From Tubulanus polymorphus (Eukaryota; Animalia; Nemertea): a stretch of 64,000 bases of DNA. Under the pieces are notes generated by a model. It was not told the origin of the DNA, made no database searches, and was given only the letters and a program-made list of their open reading frames with translations. Made by a program: the position numbers and the translations under genes. The stretch spans positions 27,676,560 to 27,740,559 of the forward strand of contig NC_134027.1 in the NCBI RefSeq assembly GCF_964204645.1, read 5' to 3'. The first letter of the stretch is position 1. Each line of letters starts with the position of its first letter. This document shows, piece by piece, positions 48,400-61,191 of the stretch.

Positions 48400-51300
48400 G
48401 CTAGACTTAATTTAGTTTAAACATTCGGCTCCTCGGCGCTCTGTGTGAAATTAGATTGGGTAGTGGGTGGATTAGACAAGACATTTCTGAGTTTGTCAGA
48501 CAGTCTGACCGCGGAATTTCGACCGGAGATCGAGCGCGATATTGAAAAGCCGGATCGTTCCGGGGCTCAAACGGGAGCCGAAATTCTTCCGGGCCCATGT
48601 CAGGGCGACATCCTGTCCTGACAGTCCGGCAGAGGATCACCCATTAGCTCAACAAATGTGCCGGCATAATGAATGGTCAGCTCTTTCGAAACTGTCTCAT
48701 CCAGTTGTCCGCGGCAGCGTGCAGCTGCACCGTCACTGCTTCAGTGCAGGCAGCTGGTCGCAGGAACGTCTTGAGGTGCTCCCCCTTCCTCCGCATCGCT
48801 TTCGGTACAACGCTCAGCTGGACAAAGTGGTGCGCCACTTGAAGAGCTCTATAGTAAGTTTTCGGCGACATCCCGGGTTGCTGGTGTCGCTGGGGGTGTC
48901 CTCCACCCGTGCTAGAAAATCCGCGACATCATCAAGCATTTCATCAACGATTTCCTCTAATTCATCTTCTGCCGGCAAATCATCGACAGCGGCAAGCTCA
49001 TCAACCATTGGTTCCTTCTTCTAATGGATCTGCGACTGGTCGCTTTTCCATCTAATAATAATAAAGATATAAAGATTATAAAGCGCGCACCTGTTTACCC
49101 TTGCGGTTTCATTTCCCAGTGTTCGCTAAATCTCTCTTTACTCGAGAAATAGATGCCACATTGATAAAGGTTATTCCCCTTGGAATTAGAAAAAAATCTA
49201 CCTCGTTAATTTCGTCGACAGCCGGCTCTGCTGCAGCTTCATCTAACTATTAACAATAAAAATTGATTATTTTTTCTTTATCATACATTCATACTTCATT
49301 TTTTACATATTACATTTATTTTATCTATTTATTTTTTCTATCATACATTAATCTCAATTAATTATGCATCTCCCGGCAGGCGCCACCGCATCTACCTAAT
49401 AACGATAGAAATTGATTATTATTTCGGATGAAAATAAACAGTGGGATTAAAGGGTTTGATAATTTCTGTGACAAAGAAATCATTTTTCTTAACAAAAATA
49501 ATCGATGATATAATTCGCTTATATTGCGAAGAACTTAAGAAATAATTGCCATGATTTACATTAAAAAACACAATAGATGCAAAATTAATAAAAAATGGTT
49601 ATTTCCATTGGAATTACAAGAAAATCTCCTACCTCATGAACCACTGGTTCCGCCTCCGGTTCATCCGCCGGTTCCGCCTCCGGTTCATCCGCCGGTTCCG
49701 CCTCCGGTTCCGCCTCCGGTTCCGCCTCCGGTTCCGCCTCCGGTTCATCCGCCGGTTACGCCGCCGGTTACGCCTCCGGTTCATCCGCCGGTTCCGCCTC
49801 CGGTTCCGCCTCCGGTTCATCCGCCGGTTCCGCCTCCGGTTCATCCGCCGGTTCCGCCTCCGGTTCATCCGCCGGTTCCGCCATTTCTCCATCTAACTAA
49901 TAACAATAAACATGAATTATTATTCCGGATGAAAATAAACAGTGGGATTAATGGGTTTGATTATTTCTTTAAAAATCTCTTACCACAACTTCTTTATTTG
50001 ATAAGAATTCGCGATAACGCGCGTCGTTCGGCCGCAGGCCATGTAATTGCGTTTTGAGGTGGTGGTCCAGCCGTTGGACCACTGCCCGGCACCCGCCAAT
50101 CGGGCAACGATACCTTCGTGGTATTAAAGCGAGTCGTTGAAAATAAAACATTCGGTATCATTAGTTTGTTTAGCTGTAGTTATAGTGGGATTTCTCTTGT
50201 TATTCATCATACATCGGGTAGTGAGGGTCGAGTGAGGGTCGAATGAGGGTCGAATGAGGATTAATGGGTTTGATAATTTCTTTAAAAATCTCTTACCACA
50301 ACTTCTTTATTTAATAAGAATTCCCGATAGCGCGGGTCGTTCGGCTGCAGGCCATGCCTGTTTGTAGGTGGCGGTCCAATCGCTTAACCACTGCCCGGCA
50401 CCCGCCAATCGGGCAACGATACCTTCGTGGTATTAAAGCGAGTCGTTGAAAATAAAACATTCGGTATCATTAGTTTGTTTAGCTGTAGTTATAGTGGGAT
50501 TTCTCTTGTTATTCATCATACGTCGGGTAGTGAGGGTCGAGTGAGGGTCGAGTGAGGGTTGAATGAGGGTCGAGTGAGGGTCGAGTGAGGGTCGAGTGAG
50601 GGTCGAGTGAGGGTCGAGTGAGGGTCGAGTGAGGGTCGAGTGAGGGTCGAGTGAGGGTCGAGTGAGGGTCGAGTGAGGGTCGAGTGAGGGTCGAGTGAGG
50701 GTCGAGTGAGGGTCGAGTGAGGGTCGAGTGAGGGTCGAGTGAGGGTCGAGTGAGGGTCGAGTGAGGGTCGAGTGAGGGTCGAGTGAGGGTCGAGTGAGGG
50801 TCGAGTGAGGGTCGAGTGAGGGTCGAGTGAGGGTCGAGTGAGGGTCGAGTGAGGGTCGAGTGAGGGTCGAGTGAGGGTCGAGTGAGGGTTGAATGAGGGT
50901 CGAATGAGGATTAATGGGTTTGATAATTTCTTTAAAAATCTCTTACCACAACTTCTTTATTTAATAAGAATTCCCGATAGCGCGGGTCGTTCGGCTGCAG
51001 GCCATGCTCGTTGTAGGTGGCGGTCCAATCGCTTAACCACAGCGCGGCACCCGCCAATCGGGCAACGATACCTTCGTGGTATTAAAGCGAGTCGCTGAAA
51101 ATAAAACATTCGGTATCATTAGTTTGTTTAGCTGTAGTTATAGTGGGATTTCTCTTGTTATTCATCATACATCGGGTAGTGAGGGTTGAGTGAGGGTCGA
51201 GTGAGGGTTGAATGAGGGTCGAGTGAGGGTCGAGTGAGGGTCGAATGAGGATTAATGGGTTTGGGTTCGTTCGGCCGCAGGCCATGCAATAGATTTCTAT

Positions 51301-52234
51301 GAATGCCGTGTATGTTTTTGTCTGCAGGTGGCGGTCTAACCTTCTTACTTTCGCCGGACAACCGCCAATAGGGCAACGATAACGGCTTGCGGCGAGCACC
51401 AAAGCTAGTCTCTGAAAATGTAATATTCGGAATCATTCCAGTGGAGAATTGAAACAATTGAAACAAATGCCATATTAATAAAAAAGGTTATTTCCATTGA
51501 AATTAGTGAAAATCTTACACCTCGTTCGTTGCGAGAAAGTCGGCGACATCTTCTTCGGCTGATGCATCTGCGATATCTGCTGCATGTACGGTATCTGCGA
51601 CAGCGGACATTGCATCTACGACTAGCAGCTGTTTTGCCAACTGGGCCGTCATTATTCGGTGCAGGCAGCTGGTCGTCTCCAGATGGTCCTTCTGATGGTT
51701 CGCGGTACATCGCTCAGCTGTGCAAAGTGGTGCGCAGAATTTCGACCGGAAATCGAGCGCGATATTGAAAAGCCGGATTGTTCCGGGGCTCAGACGGGAG
51801 CCGAAATTCCTCCGGGCCCATGTCAGGGCGACATCCTGTGCTGACAGACAGTCCGGCAGAGGATCACTCATAAGCTCAACAAATGTGGCAGCATAATGGA
51901 TGGTCAGCTCTTTCGAAACTGTCTCCATCCAGACGTCCGCGGCAGCGTGCAGCTGCACCGTCACTGCTTCGGTGCAAGCCGCCGGCCGCAGGAACATCTT
52001 CAGATGGTCCTTCTTCCTCCGAATCGCTTTCGGACCAGAGCTCAACTGGGCAAGGTGGTGCGCCACTTGAAGAGCTCTATAATAAGTTTTCGGCGACATC
52101 CCGGGTTGCTGGTGTCGCTCAGGGCGTCCTCCGCCCTTGCTGGTCTTCTCAGCTGGTGGTCGTTTCTTCTTAGATCGCTCCGTTGACAGATATTTCGGCG
52201 AGGTTGCCTTCGTCAGTGTCAGTGCAGGAATCAT
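48400..52234 (-). pseudogene. Unknown GC-rich spliced gene with duplicated C2H2-like zinc-finger cassettes, partly decayed (TE- or virus-like)
   Basis: Intact 239-aa ORF 51515-52234; frameshifted second copy of its core at ~48480-48890; four cassettes encoding YRCPIGGC..V.RLD.HL (~50000-50140, 50270-50450, 50930-51100, 51260-51415), two with the acceptor mutated AG>AA; acidic (AEPADEPE)n exon-like block 49633-49892. Confidence 0.5.
50526..50908. repeat. 11-bp minisatellite (gagtgagggtc)
   Basis: About 34 copies; short versions at ~50220 and ~51180 within the duplicated cassettes. Confidence 0.95.
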
Positions 52235-52667
52235 GCTGAACTAGGATTAGACACGGGTTTTTATACACGCAGCGCGCAACAAGTGAACAGTATTTGAGTT
52301 AGAAGTTAAGTGACCATATGAGACCTTGTGATCTAGACTAATTGTACTTCTGTGATCAAGCTTAGGATGCATCAGGTTCAATGGTTTCTCAGTTCAGTGT
52401 TTACCGAAGTTTCGCCTCAGTAACCGATCAGAAAGAAACTGTATAAGACACGTTGTTGCCCTCCATGCAAAACCCAGGTTCTCCGAGCCACTGAACTGTC
52501 CCATTACCTACTGTCCCATTCTTGTCCTAGGCATGACTTAATAACCGCACCATTCTGGATAAACTTAGCACGTTTGAAATGGTTCAGAGTTATTACATTG
52601 TAAATGTAATAAAAGAGGTTGCAGTATATTAACCATAAGGAGCTGGTGATGCTTCGACCGTCCATTC

Positions 52668-52980
52668 AGGGCAAACCCTAGACCATCTCTGCAGCCCATG
52701 GGCAAACCCTAGTCCATCTCTGCAGCCCATGGGCAAACCCTAGTCCAAACCTAGTCCATCTTTTCAACCCATGGGCAGACTCGAGTCCATCTTTGCAGCC
52801 CATGGGCAAACCCTAAGTCAGCTAGCTGACCCTGCAGCTCATGGGCAACCCTGAATAATTTCTGCAGCCCATGGGCAAACCCTAAGTCAGCTAGCTGACC
52901 CTGCAGCTCATGGGCAACCCTGAATAATTTTTGCAGCCCATGGGCAAACCCTAAGTCAGCTAGCTGACCCTGCAGCCCAG
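52668..52980. repeat. Complex tandem repeat (gcagcccatgggcaaaccct core)
   Basis: Visible repeated units. Confidence 0.8.
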
Positions 52981-53356
52981 ATGGGCTATGATAATTCTGC
53001 TGGCTAACTGTCAGTCTCCGGACTGTCAGTTAGCCCTGTAATATTGAATATTGCAGGTATTTCCCACAGCTGAACAGTGTGGAGAGCATCGTCTCAGTTT
53101 ACAGAATTGTGTAAGTAATGCGTCTCATGTCCTGTATCCCTCACTTTTGTCATAATTTCACATGTATATCGGGTTCATATCTAATATTATCTATTTTTCA
53201 GTACACAGATCACCACCAACACCAATTGACAAAATCCACAAAAACGAAGAAACAAAAAGATTGAAAAAAGCTTGAATTATTTGCTCTGTTATTAGATATA
53301 TATGTTCTAAATAAAAGAGTTACAGTTACGTTTTAATTGTTTTGTGTTGTCCATCT

Positions 53357-53497
53357 CACAATCAGTAGTGGAGGATCTGAGGCACAATCAGTAGTGGAGG
53401 ATCTGAGGCACAATCAGTAGTGGAGGATCTGAGGCACAATCAGTAGTGGAGGATCTGAGGCACAATCAGTAGTGGAGGATCTGAGGCACAATCAGTA
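53357..53497. repeat. 26-bp minisatellite (cacaatcagtagtggaggatctgagg)
   Basis: About 5 copies. Confidence 0.92.
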
Positions 53498-53607
53498 CAA
53501 TTTTTGACTCTTATAAACCAGATTCCCAAACCCTACATCCCCATCTATTCTATAGACAATATCAGTAAAGCACATTAAAACAAACCCCGAATCAGACTAT
53601 GGAATTA

Positions 53608-54709
53608 TCAGTGATGTGGATGCGATTTTTTCCCCTTTGTCTCGAAAGTAAACGGATTAAAGGGAATATTTTCCTTTAATTCATCAACTTCCTGAACGTG
53701 TAAAACCCGATCATTCAACTTCAGAGTTTCAATCATTTTACCGTCTAGCCATTTCCTATACACGAACGGTAAATACGGCTTCATGTTTTTACACTCTGTA
53801 AAAATCCAATACGTTTTACATAAACTCGACGAACCGTATTCATCTATAATAACCTGCACTGGATCTCTCGGGGCTGGTAGCATGAACGCCTCCAGAGGGC
53901 GCTTGTGCAGCGGAAACACGTCGCTCTTTTTAAGTATATGCCTTTTCGAATTCGAAGAACTGAAAATATGCGTTTCGTTTTGTTTGTAAAAGAAAATATC
54001 TAAAGATGGCGTGAACCATCGTCCCACATTCTTATAAAATGCCGTTCCACGAATATATTTGGCATCGTGAAGGCGTATTTTATCATACAACATTTGTTTG
54101 GGAATATATCGCGCTTGCGCCTCCATTGTGTTCAGAAGGTCGTGTCTGTGTTTATAATCCATCATCAAATCGATATCTGCGTCAGATGGAACTAGCGCGT
54201 GATGTCTCCATGAACCGATTAGAGTGCCAAATATCATAAAATACGTCCAATTTCTTTGAGTAGCCAAATCATCCAGATATTTCAGTTGTCGCATGTAGGC
54301 CTGTCTGTGTGATTCGCTTACTGTTGCCTTTAACAACCGGCATACACCGCTGTCAACTGTTTTATTCACTGCCGGGTTGCATTTCGGAATATAATATTCC
54401 CTTTTAGGGAAGTCATGAGGCGGGTCCGAATCTAAAAACAAAATGTTAGTTTGATTATTTTTGCGGTCAAATTTTAGAATCTGATTTTATTGAAGATTGA
54501 ATTCGGAATTATCACCGTAATCGATTTTGCTCGGGTTGATAATAACTTCCGGTTCTTCCACGGCATCGACATCCTTCTCAGACGAGATCAACGTCACAAT
54601 AAGTCCATGAATATCACTTCTTGACGTAGATATATACATCAGCGCGTAACACAGCAAACAAACACCGCTGACCAATAAAACAGCGGACACGACGCGACTC
54701 GCCGGATAA
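53608..54709 (-). CDS. LicD/fukutin/FKRP-family phosphotransferase, type II membrane protein (first exon not located)
   Basis: Exons 54516-54709 (signal anchor VSAVLLVSGVCLLCYALMYI) and 53608-54431 (YFMIFGTLIGSWRHHALVPSDADIDLMM, LDIFFY, DVFPLHKRP...PAPRDP...YG); phases match across an 84-nt intron. Confidence 0.85.
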
Positions 54710-56184
54710 CTTCATTAAAAAAAAAAAACAACATCAAAATAAAGAGAATATCTGTGCGTAATTGAAAGTTCTCTTATAAATAAATCGTTTATCATGTCGT
54801 ATAAACTCTGATACGCCGCATATCAAGTCATTCCTGGCGATGCTTTTTAGTGGAAAAACCGAAAATTCAGATTTTAATGAATTTTAACCCATTGATTAAT
54901 TTAATCCATTATGATATTTTCAGTTTTTCAGCTGCGTGGGGCATATTTCACTCGAAGTTTTACCACGTCATGAAAATCCTTTACTTGTAATTAATTATTG
55001 CCCATTCATAAAATACGTAATGGGATATTTCTCATGAAATATCCGATGTATTTCCTATAATGTTCCTAAAATTGTAAAATAACATTACTAACTTCATTCT
55101 GATCTGATCAGTACTCTGAATCACAACTCACGAATACGAATGAACATTATTGAAACTTCTATCACAAACTGCCTTGTGACTCGATAGGTTACGTAAACCA
55201 GCAGCAGCTGCAGCTGCAGGGAAACATGTTTTTCGGTGTTTATTACTAGAGGGGTCGTAAAATTGTTTTCAGCTGGCGAAATCACCATTGCACGGGCAGT
55301 TTACTAGAGAATCGGACAACAAAACGAAGAGTGACATATTCCACAATATTATATAACCACATGTGTGATAGACCGAACTCTGAAAGCTGATGACAGTCTC
55401 TGATACTGATACACTGAGCCTGTCAATCAGTTACTGTCCGATCATAATATATCATAAACACGATATTCATTGTTCAAACGTACAAAATACACGTATCTAA
55501 AACGATAAACAAATATAATGTTAACACAATTAAACACGTGTTCGATGAAAGAGGGGAACCTACGTCTTCTGGTTATTCTACTACTCAAAAGTAACAACTC
55601 TGAAACTGAAATGAAGTCGTTCACGCGACACAATTAAATACATATATGGATCAATGGACTGCGCTTCTTTGCTTTAAGTTTGTAAAAACTCCAAGATGTA
55701 TGAATGAATATGATATGATATTTAGAATAACTGAGTTCAATTAATAAGATACTAGGATTAGGAGAGAGAGCGAGCAGTCTTTTCCAATAAACTACTGATT
55801 GTTTTTGCGCGTGTTCTATGTTTCTTTCAGACGATTAGACACAAGAGAAACGCGGACAGGATAATGCAGTTCCGATTAGCCTGTCTAGGTTCGGTGATGG
55901 TAGATTGAAGTATACATATTTATATGCCATACACCAGTTGTTCACCTATAAAATCGATCTGTTGCTCTATGTTTTAGTTAACCGTCAAACAGCACAGATT
56001 TCTCAGTCTACGTTCATGAATATGAAGCTGATTAAAGGTGATTAAAACTAAACCCACTTTATAGTGATTTATCAATGCTATTAATCTTTGGGTATTGGAT
56101 AAAATCGGCCGAAACTGAATGAATGAATTTCGATACTAAAAGTTCAATCTGTTACCATTATATACAGGGATGAATAAAGTGGTA

Positions 56185-56337
56185 CCATCAGGTGCTGCCT
56201 CTATACCCATCATTAGCGGGACTATCAAACACTAACGAGAATTGACTGCGGCAGTCGAGTGCGTTGATTGCCACAGTCAACTCGTGTCAGTTCATAAAAA
56301 TTCCGCTAATGACGAGCATAGCGGCAGCACCTGACGG
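56185..56337. mobile_element. MITE with TA target-site duplication
   Basis: ~37-bp imperfect TIRs ccatcaggtgctgcctctatacccatcattagcgg / ccgctaatgacgagcatagcggcagcacctgacgg flanked by TA; a further end of the same family at ~1663-1704. Confidence 0.78.
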
Positions 56338-56860
56338 TACATTGAGCTCGGATCCGCGGCTGTTAGAAAAGATTCGTACTTGTTTCAGTAACTATACGCG
56401 AGACTGCGTGCGACTTTTTTACACAACCTTACGCTAATAAAAAAGTTCCGTAGTAAAGCAACGTGTTGAGAGTCTCGCGTTGAGAGTTTGCAAATGAAAG
56501 AAAAAATAACTCAAACATAAATCATATTTTACAATAAATATACATGTTTATTTGAATATACGTGATTGATATAAGAAGAGATATAACTCTACTAGAAGCC
56601 ACTACTAACAAATACTATTTCCATTTTACTGATTCTACACCAGGATGTGGTTAAAACTAGTTCATTTTCGATGAGTGAACTCTGAGTCAAATCTAAACTC
56701 ACAACATTGAAACCTGGTTTTACGAGGCTACAACTAAAGTTCATTTGGGAAAACGTCCCCTGATTTTCAAATGGAATATTTACAGCAATCCCAACACGTT
56801 ATAACTAGTATGGCGCAGTCTAGTGTTATCTAAACTAACTGTATTTTCTGAAGATGGAAT

Positions 56861-59800
56861 TTAAGCACGTTCATCGATTATTATATCGTATGGTTTAGAC
56901 ATACAAACAAATCCGTTACTTTCAAATCGTGATGGAGATATAGGTTTATCTTTAAAGTCGCATCCGTCCGGGAATCGAAATCTGAATTTCTGCATTAAAC
57001 TAGTGAAGAATACAAAGACTTGATGTCTGCCAACTGGTTCACCGATACAGGAACGGCGTCCAGCTCCGAATGTTAGCCACGATCTAGGACGAGGCATTAT
57101 CTTCCCGTCCTTTTGTATGAATCTTTCGGGTTTAAACTCATCCGGATCGGGCCAAATCTTCTCATCGTGGTGACTAGCGTAGATATTAGCCCAAACCTGA
57201 GAACCTTTTGGTACATCGAAATCAACTGTAATCAAAAATGTAAAGATAAAACATAATTTGAAATTTCACGATAAATGAAAAAGAAAACATAAATACTAAA
57301 TAAGATAACAATCCTTTATATTATACAAGTTTCAAAGATTAGAAATAATAACTCAATTAACAAAAATTGAAATAAAAGATCAAAGACACAACGTGATGGA
57401 CTGACTGTAGAGATCATCGTCAGGTCTGACTGAACGCGCATAAAACGAGGAGTTAAAGATTTATGTTTAGAATTAGATGATTCAATCAGTGAAATAACTT
57501 TTAACTAGTGTTTCAAACGACACCACAACCGCCTGAGACCACGTGACGTCATATCACATTCGACCGAGGCCCGATACATTAACCATATACACGTCAACTG
57601 TACATTAGATAACATCATTACGCTTCTCTGGTTAAACATTCAAATCTCACAATTATGATTCAATTACATTTGTAAAACTGTTCATACACACATATATAGC
57701 TGTATAAAACTGTTTATTCGTAGCTGAATACATCATACACATATAGCTGATACATAAAACTCATTAAATTCAGTTCAGGAAATATATTGACGATGAATAT
57801 TCGAAATGAGACGCATTTTGATCATTTTTATCTTTATTCCTATGAATATAAAGTGGGTTTAATTCCAGCATATGTTGCACGTATAGACACTTTATGTAAA
57901 TCATACTTACATAGTTTAGCGTCAGTTGATGTAGCGTGTAAAGCTAAAGCCCCGTACGGGCAGAATCGCATTGATTCTAACATTACCGCTTCACAATACA
58001 CTAAATTAGGCTTGTCGCTCATCGATGGTAAATTATGTCCTGAAAATAGTTTAAGTAAAAGTTTTGGTAACAATGGCGGATCCAGGGCTGGGTTCCAGAG
58101 AAAAATGTATATTCACCAATAATGCCCTCATAATATTTCGCATCTTAAATATCTTAACATAATTTTTGGCAAGTCGTTTGGGCAATTCCCTTGTTTATCT
58201 ATTTGAAATCCTCGATTCCTGTTATGGCGCCCTGAGTAACTGTATCTACCCTACTGGAAGCAGCTCGTGGTACAAGTGGTGAATAAACTAAACAAATTAC
58301 GGTAAATTCCAGTTGTATTATCAATACCATTTAATACATGAATACTCAACGTGGATTTATACTGTTAATCCTAATTCTCTGACTATATGATGAATGTTTA
58401 TGAAAAGCCTCGATAAGGATGAATAAACCACCTGGTAAATGGCGGGGGGGGGGTACAGAAGCTCGAATGACCATTTACCGCCGAATTAAAGAAATGAAAT
58501 TGATTTTAAGGGTAAGATATTTTTTCAACCGGTCCCAGATTGTGACCTGGTGTTACTGTTTATCCTGGTTTTATGTTGAAATAAAATCACATTAAAGCTT
58601 TCTTTTCTGTTGGTTGTATTTAACAAAATCCAGTTCCACAGTTGAGTCCAGAACTGTAGAACTTGGAACAGAACTGTGGAGTTGGATACTGAACTGTGGA
58701 AATGGGTGTTTATACCTATCGTATCGTCTAACTCCGATTGAACACGAGTTTGAATTTCTGGATATTTTGCCATAAAGAATATCATCCAATATAAAGTCTG
58801 ACTTGATGTTGATGTACCAGCTACAAAAAACACGGTAAAACATGTATCACACAAACAGCGTCACAAACGCCTTCAACACTTCAAACATTTCATTTATATT
58901 GTAATTGTAGCATTGAATATCAGATGACGTCACCGAATCCAGTTCCATTAGTTACGAATTAGAATTAACTATGAACTGAATTTGAATTCAGAACTATGGA
59001 ATTGGATCCTGGTATTTTGAACAGTTCGAAAGATAACTGACCACTTACCCCCAAATCCATCATTAACAATTTGTACCATGTGACGCTCTGTTAATTTCGC
59101 CGCCAGATTCGGATTTTCTATTTCTAATTTCTTTTTAGCTCGGATTATATAATCAATCAGATCTGAGATGTCATCTACAAATTCAAAGTTCAGATAAATT
59201 CAATTTTATTTCAATATCTAAATTGCTTATTGCTAAAAGCGTTCATTATTATTAAAAAAAAAGTAAAATTATTGCATTGTGTGAAAGAATGTGATTTATA
59301 AAAACAGGAGGTTTTACTTCCTCTATTTTCGAGTTTATCAATTCGACACCACAAACACAGTTCATGTAAAGAAATGAAATAAAAACGTTTCTCACTTGAA
59401 ACGGCAGCCATTTTGAATCTCGCATCCTCTCGCGCGATTCAATATGGCCGATTTAATGTTAATGAGATAATCATAGGGTTAGTTAGTCATAATTTACCCG
59501 GATCATATTTCTCCTGGTGATCAGTGACGTATTTTCCCAGTATGTCCAGCACATGTGTATCTAACTCTATAGCTTTCCTTGTAGTCGGTGTTTTAAACGG
59601 TAGCCATTGTAACGGCGTTATCACATCTTCTAATATTACATTACCGAATATCTTATCGACAGCGTCTAGCGATGTGTAGAGATCTTCAAATTCGGCGTCG
59701 TCAAATTCAAACCTAGTCACAAATTAATATTCATTCATATATTCCAGTTGAATTTCTATTTTTAATCAGTATGAAAAGAACTGTATTTGTGTATAGGCCA

Positions 59801-60908
59801 GTTTTTATGTTAAATCAGTAACAAAATAGCTACCAGTATTGTTTCATTTGACTCGAGACCCAGTTATACAAAATGTTGGGCTAAAAACTTACTAATTTCG
59901 GAATGAACTAATTCCAACTGCTTAGAGTTTTAGCATTCATTTAGTGATCGAAATCGAAACTTACTGCGCATTGAACAACATATCACAAATGACGTTGAAT
60001 ATCATGAGGTTTAAGACTGGTTTAGTATCGAACGGTTCTCCGAGATGTTGTTTCAATAATGTCACGCCTTTTTCTAACGAAGAATGACATTTATGATCCA
60101 TACGAGCCCCGCTTAGAAAATTCCTATCAAAACATAAAAACAGATGAATTTAATGTAGAGATTTAATAGGCTTGTCAGATCTCAGAACTATAGAAACTTG
60201 AGAATGTTGTTTGTACCGGAGTCCTCCTGAAGTGAGTTTTCTCATTAACATCCAGACAGGATCATCAGGGTCACCCATCATTATATCTCTACCACCATCT
60301 GTGAACTTCTCAACTATTCATAATGGAAAACTTTCGTAAATGAAATGACGAATTGAAACTGAGATTCTCGATTGAGATTCTCAAAAAACTGATAAGTTGA
60401 GAAGCAGGGTTTATACTCACGTGACCAGGTTTTGGGTCGAGCATCAAAAGGAGATTTCGGTTGTAAAAATGCCTCATTTATACTTTCACCTGAATTTAAT
60501 ACTATGATATTCTCTAGAAAACCAAATCCTGAAATAAACCACGTCAAAACCAATTCAAATATTTCCACTGTTTTCAATCGATCGGAAATTTCTCTACGAG
60601 AATAAAACTCACCTAATTTAAAGTTGAAAATATCACCGTAAGTTTTGGTAAGATTATGAAAATGTAACCAAGGTGGACGACCATCCCTCTTGTAGTCTAG
60701 AAAATATAGAGATTTCATTAGAATCGTTTTTAAGTCATGCGCACGACCGTTCGTGGTTCGACAAATATAATATCAACTTACCTAACAAATTACCGATTAA
60801 AGGATATCCTTTCGGTCCTGGCGGAAGATTGAAACATTTACCATTCCTCAAATACAAATAGATTATAACTAACGCACCGGCAATTAGTGTTAACGTTATC
60901 GGATCCAT
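56861..60908 (-). CDS. Cytochrome P450, clan 2 (CYP17/CYP1/CYP2-like); ~504 aa
   Basis: 10 in-phase exons: 60782-60908, 60613-60696, 60421-60528, 60217-60313, 59965-60123, 59498-59712, 59049-59174, 58716-58820, 57911-58039, 56861-57225. N-terminal anchor plus PPGP, WxxxR (WMLMR), AGTST, ExxR (ESMR), PERF, heme motif FGAGRRSCIG. Confidence 0.95.
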
Positions 60909-61191
60909 GTTGAAGAGTGATGTAGTCAGGAGTGAGCACTCGATGTGAGATTAGTTTTTTATATCAATCAGTTTTATATCTGGTGTGAGATTCAATCTGT
61001 GACTGGTGTGAGATTCAATCTGTGACGCCCGGGTGTGGTTTAATCTCAGCGAATAATTTAGCATTAGGAGAATATGTAAAATGTACCTGACATCACAGAC
61101 GAACCAACAATAAGTCTGCGTGTATAGTATAACAGCATCAGGGATTAATCGATTGATGTCTGTCTGCAGAGTTTCCAGAACACCTGTCATG

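Noticed and set aside
45750-53040. Single large TIR transposon bounded by tagggctcact / agttagccctg
   Set aside because: Only about 10 bp of imperfect inverted match and no target-site duplication
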